Below are positions 28,602 through 32,000 of a stretch of 32,000 nucleotides of DNA, piece after piece. The position numbers and the translations under genes are program-made. The stretch is taken from NCBI GenBank assembly GCA_000175855.1, contig ACYB01000007.1, positions 1 to 32,000 of the forward strand. Reading direction: 5' to 3'. A model generated the notes under the pieces. It saw nothing but the letters and a program-made list of their open reading frames with translations, did not search any database and was not told the origin of the DNA. The stretch's first letter is position 1; each line of letters opens with the position of its first letter. The DNA is from Raphidiopsis brookii D9. Its GTDB lineage: Bacteria > Cyanobacteriota > Cyanobacteriia > Cyanobacteriales > Nostocaceae.

Positions 28602-29612
28602 ATGCGCAGAAGACACTTACTGTATCTTGGTACTGGTGCTACATTAGCACTCGCGACCCATGGTTGTACTCAGGGGGATTCCAAATCGACCCCCAATACC
28701 AATACTAGTGAAAATCCTGGTAAAATTACTATTGGTTTTTGGCCCGTAGCTTCTGGGTTACCATTATTTGTAGCAGATAAAAAAGGCTACTTTAAAGAAG
28801 CAGGTCTTAATGTGGAAGTAGCTCAATTTGCCTCCCCCAATCAAGTCGCTGAAGCTTTAATTGCTGGTAGATTACAGGGTACGGGTAATGGAGTGGCCAG
28901 TGGTGTGCTGGGCCTGTCTGAAATTACTTCACCGGGTCTGTTTAAAATTATTGCAGCTAATCCCAGCAATGTGGATTATAAACTAGACCAAATTGTAGTT
29001 GGTAAAAATAGCTCTATTAAATCTGTAACCGATTTAAAAAATAAAAAATTTGCCACAGGACCGGGAGCGCAAAATCTAGCCATTGCTCAAGCCATTTTAG
29101 CCGCAGCAGGGGTTGAAAAACCAGAAATCCAACAGTTAGAGATCCGCCAACATGTGGCAGCTATTGAATCAGGACAAATAGATGCTGCTTATACTCTAGA
29201 ACCTACTGGTACGGTTGGCAATCTTAAAGGTATCACCAGAGTTTTAGAAAATGGTGTGGTGTCTAAATATGTTTTAGGAGATCCTAAAGCACCCTGGTTT
29301 GGTGGTGCGGCGGTTTTAAGTACTCAATTCTTACAAAAATACCCCAAATCCACTGAAGCTTATATTAAAGCTTACCGTCGAGCTATTGCTGATATTAAGA
29401 ATCAACCGGATGGGGTGCGACAATATTTAGTCGGATATACGGCCATCTCTGGAGACTTAGTACAAAAAGTGCCCCTAGTTGGTTACACCATGTATGATGA
29501 ATTTACCGCTGAGGACATTAACTACTTCCAAAAATTCTTCGATTTTATGACTGACAAAAAAGTCTTTTCTAAAAAGGTAGATGTGGGTAGTCTGTTATAT
29601 AAAAATCCGTAG
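28602..29612 (+). CDS. ABC transporter substrate-binding lipoprotein (NMT1/NitT-TauT type)
   Basis: It has a Tat-like/lipoprotein signal (MRRRHLLYLGTGATLALATHGC). The periplasmic-binding fold sequence resembles aliphatic sulfonate/nitrate/bicarbonate binders, and it is followed by the cognate ATPase and permease. Confidence 0.8.
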   Translation: MRRRHLLYLGTGATLALATHGCTQGDSKSTPNTNTSENPGKITIGFWPVASGLPLFVADKKGYFKEAGLNVEVAQFASPNQVAEALIAGRLQGTGNGVASGVLGLSEITSPGLFKIIAANPSNVDYKLDQIVVGKNSSIKSVTDLKNKKFATGPGAQNLAIAQAILAAAGVEKPEIQQLEIRQHVAAIESGQIDAAYTLEPTGTVGNLKGITRVLENGVVSKYVLGDPKAPWFGGAAVLSTQFLQKYPKSTEAYIKAYRRAIADIKNQPDGVRQYLVGYTAISGDLVQKVPLVGYTMYDEFTAEDINYFQKFFDFMTDKKVFSKKVDVGSLLYKNP

Positions 29613-29645
29613 ATTGATCCGCTGAAATTCAAGATAATTTAGCAA

Positions 29646-30812
29646 TAAGTAAGTTGGACTGAAAAAACCAAACTATGTGAAGATAAATAAATAGGATATA
29701 CCGAGGTAATAAGATATGGGAGCTCGTTTAAGGGTATTTCTGACAAGTGAGGAAGATAAAACGCTGTTTAATCTAAGAAGTGCGGATGTACCACAGAAAG
29801 TCAAAGACCGAGCAGAAGTGATTAGGTTAAATGCACATGGATGGTACGTGGAAAAAATAGCAGCTCATTTTAACTGGACTTCACAAACAGTTAGAGAGGT
29901 TTTACATAAATGGGAAAAGTTTGGTCTAGAAGGACTGTGGGAAAAATCTGGTCGAGGAGGAAAACCGAAATACAGGGATTCAGACATAGAATTTCTGGAG
30001 GAATGCCTGAAAAAAGAACCACGTACATACAACAGTGTTCAATTAGCTCAAAAGTTAGAGACGGAACGCTCGGTTAAACTAAGTCCCGATAGGTTAAGAC
30101 GGGTACTAAAAAAAAGGGGATCATTTGGAAAAGAACCAGAAAAAGCCACAAAGGAAAACAAGACCCAGAAAGTAAACAAATCAAGCAAGCAGACCTAGAT
30201 ATGTTGGAATTATCCGCTGCTGGGGGAGAAATAGACTTGAAATATTTAGATGAATCAGGTTTTTGTATGTGGAGTGAACCGAGTTATACATATTACCAAA
30301 GAGGGGAGCAAAAAAACTTAGAGCAAACAAAACGCCGTGGTCGAAGACTAAGTATTATTGGTCTTCTTCAACCCTTAATTAGTTTTGTTTACGGTTTAGT
30401 AATTGGGGGGGTGAATCGCAAATCTTATATTGAAATGATGGAGCATGAAGCCGAAGAAGCAGAAAAACTGGGACGTATAAGAGTAATAGTACAGGATAAT
30501 GGTCCAATACATCAATGCAAAGAAGTGAGAAAGTTATGGTCAAAATGGGAGAGTCAGAATTTATACATTTTCTTTCTGCCCAAATATTGCTCTGAGATGA
30601 ATCCAATTGAATTAGAGTGGAAACACCTTAAAAAAGATGAGATATCGGGAAAAATGTTTGAAGATGAGTTAGAGCTTGCTTATGCCGTAATGGATGGAGT
30701 AAACGCTAGGGGAAAAAGAAATAAGCATAGTACAGAACGTATTAAATTTAACAACTCTTGCCTTTCTTAACCTTTCGTTACATAGCTATAAATTTCCCAG
30801 CCGACTTACTTA
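29646..30812 (+). mobile_element. IS630-family insertion sequence (~1.16 kb) flanked by a TA target duplication
   Basis: The imperfect terminal inverted repeats are AGTAAGTTGGACTG... (29648->) and ...CAGCCGACTTACT (->30810). TA is present at 29646-47 and 30811-12. The element carries a two-frame HTH + DDE transposase. Confidence 0.85.
29716..30770 (+). CDS. IS630-family transposase, two frames joined by a probable -1 programmed frameshift
   Basis: ORF1 (29716..30198) is the HTH part. ORF2's frame is open upstream and reads KKGIIWKRTRKSHKGKQDPESKQIKQADLDMLEL, continuing into YLDESGF...VQDNGPIH...YCSEMNPIELEWKHLK (DDE). The frames meet at the A8 run at 30108-30115 (CTA AAA AAA AGG). Confidence 0.85.
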
Positions 30813-30825
30813 ATTCAAGATAATC

Positions 30826-31614
30826 ATGGATTCAATTGTACAGACAAAGACTGCAAAATCGGAAGAATTTATTACGGTCAAAGGGTTGTGTAAGTCCTTT
30901 GCTGGACAACCTGTATACAAAAACTTTGACCTCAACCTAGACAATCATCAATTGGTCTCAATTTTTGGACCTAATGGGTGTGGTAAATCTACTTTAATCA
31001 ATATGATGAGTGGTTTAATTCCCCTGGATAAAGGTGAAATCAGAATCCATGGTAAACCTATTCACCGGACTCGGATTGGCTATGTATTTCAAAATTACCG
31101 AGACTCTCTTTTTCCCTGGATGAGCGCCTACGATAATATTGCCTATCCACTTCGTGTTAAAGGTATTTCTGAACGGGAGTGTCGTCATTCTGTAGAGCAT
31201 TTAATTGAGACTTTCAATATTTGTTTAGATCTAAAACGATATCCCTATAGTTTTTCTGGTGGACAGCAGCAGTTAGTTTCAATTCTCAGAGCGTTAGTTG
31301 CCCAACCGGAGGTGCTATTTTTAGATGAACCATTTTCAGCTTTAGACTTTGAAACTACCTTATTTGTACGGGATAAATTGCAAGAAATTTTCATGGCTAG
31401 TACCATTCCCATGTTGATGGTTGTACATAACCTAGAAGAGGCTATCTTTTTGGCTGATAAGATTTTATTATTAAGTAAACGTCCAACCCAGGTGGTTGAA
31501 ATGGTGAGCTTTGATGCTCCTCGACCTCGTACACCTGAAACCCTGACTTCTCGTAATTTTGTAGAAGTCAGTCGTTATTGTTTAGATATTTTTCGTCAGG
31601 AAATGCAAAAATGA
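30826..31614 (+). CDS. ABC transporter ATP-binding protein (NitT/TauT family)
   Basis: It has Walker A (GPNGCGKST), the signature FSGGQQQ and Walker B (VLFLDEPFSALD). Confidence 0.9.
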   Translation: MDSIVQTKTAKSEEFITVKGLCKSFAGQPVYKNFDLNLDNHQLVSIFGPNGCGKSTLINMMSGLIPLDKGEIRIHGKPIHRTRIGYVFQNYRDSLFPWMSAYDNIAYPLRVKGISERECRHSVEHLIETFNICLDLKRYPYSFSGGQQQLVSILRALVAQPEVLFLDEPFSALDFETTLFVRDKLQEIFMASTIPMLMVVHNLEEAIFLADKILLLSKRPTQVVEMVSFDAPRPRTPETLTSRNFVEVSRYCLDIFRQEMQK

Positions 31615-32000
31615 ATTTCCCATTTTCCATCAAGAACAAAAATTCAAACTCTGCTTTAAACTCCGATTTAATCCTGAACCGTTGTTTACCTTTAACTGGT
31701 GTTCTATTGTTTTTTGGATTGTGGTGGTTTATTGCTGTATCAGGATTTGTGAATCCTGTTTTGCTACCAACTCCCTTAGCAACAGTCCAAACCTTGATTG
31801 AGGGATTGTTTGGTGGTTCCATGTTCTCTGATTTAGCTACTACAGTTTTACGAACATTTAGCGCCTTTTTTCTAGCTACCTTATTTGGCATTCCCCTGGG
31901 TGTGGGATTGGGAAGTTCTGAAAAAATCTATCGTAGTGTGGAGTTTCTAATTGAGTTTTTTAGGTCTACACCTGCTAGTGCATTGATTCCCTTGTTTATT
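31611..32000 (+). CDS. ABC transporter permease, 5' part (continues beyond the window)
   Basis: It is not in the ORF track because no stop is reached. ATG at 31611 overlaps the ATPase stop (ATGA). Hand translation gives MNFPFSIKNK...LPLTGVLLFFGLWWFIAVSGFVNPVLLPTPLATVQTL...LRTFSAFFLATLFGIPLGVGLG, typical of a NitT/TauT permease N-terminus. Confidence 0.8.
   Translation, partial: MNFPFSIKNKNSNSALNSDLILNRCLPLTGVLLFFGLWWFIAVSGFVNPVLLPTPLATVQTLIEGLFGGSMFSDLATTVLRTFSAFFLATLFGIPLGVGLGSSEKIYRSVEFLIEFFRSTPASALIPLFI

Noticed and set aside
29716-30770. Reading the two transposase ORFs as a decayed pseudogene
   Set aside because: The frames meet at an A8 slippery run with an extended open overlap, and all DDE residues are intact. 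This pattern is typical of programmed frameshifting in IS elements.
31568-31891. 107-aa minus-strand ORF at the right end
   Set aside because: It is antisense to the ABC permease frame, which starts with an ATGA overlap at 31611 and has a typical permease N-terminus.
1-32000. Search for CRISPR arrays, tRNA/rRNA genes and integrase or att sites flanking the dnd island
   Set aside because: I saw no regularly spaced repeats, no tRNA-like T-arm/acceptor signatures and no integrase-like ORF. The only repeats found are the short ones reported above.

Overview
This is an AT-rich chromosomal window from a cyanobacterium. I found eight HIP1 (GCGATCGC) sites by eye, and the gene content (ndhD, a PBS-lyase-type HEAT protein, an IS630-family element) suggests a Nostocales-type filamentous strain. 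Housekeeping genes are proA, a membrane-anchored Amidase_2 cell-wall amidase, metH, ndhD, a HEAT-repeat protein, a GNAT acetyltransferase, ampG, and an NitT/TauT-type ABC transporter whose operon is split by an IS630-family insertion. Two accessory regions stand out. (1) 1521-8182 is a tightly packed five-gene module with an atypical Hsp70, a Zn-ribbon/TM/LysM membrane protein, an 872-aa TPR-like protein, a J-like protein lacking HPD, and a GrpE-like protein. It is a private chaperone set with no described function that I know of. (2) 19504-28237 is a DNA-phosphorothioation (dnd) island. It holds dndC, dndD and dndE, a divergent oversized DGQHR (DndB-like) gene, and a convergent trio made of a 62-aa protein, a second DndD-like SMC-type ATPase and a 157-aa protein. 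Both dndD and the DGQHR gene carry single-base frameshifts at short A/T homopolymers, while all the large housekeeping ORFs are intact. A deletion relic of an AAA-ATPase gene lies at the island's right edge. I saw no rRNA, tRNA or CRISPR array. All coordinates and translations beyond the supplied ORF track were derived by hand and should be recomputed.
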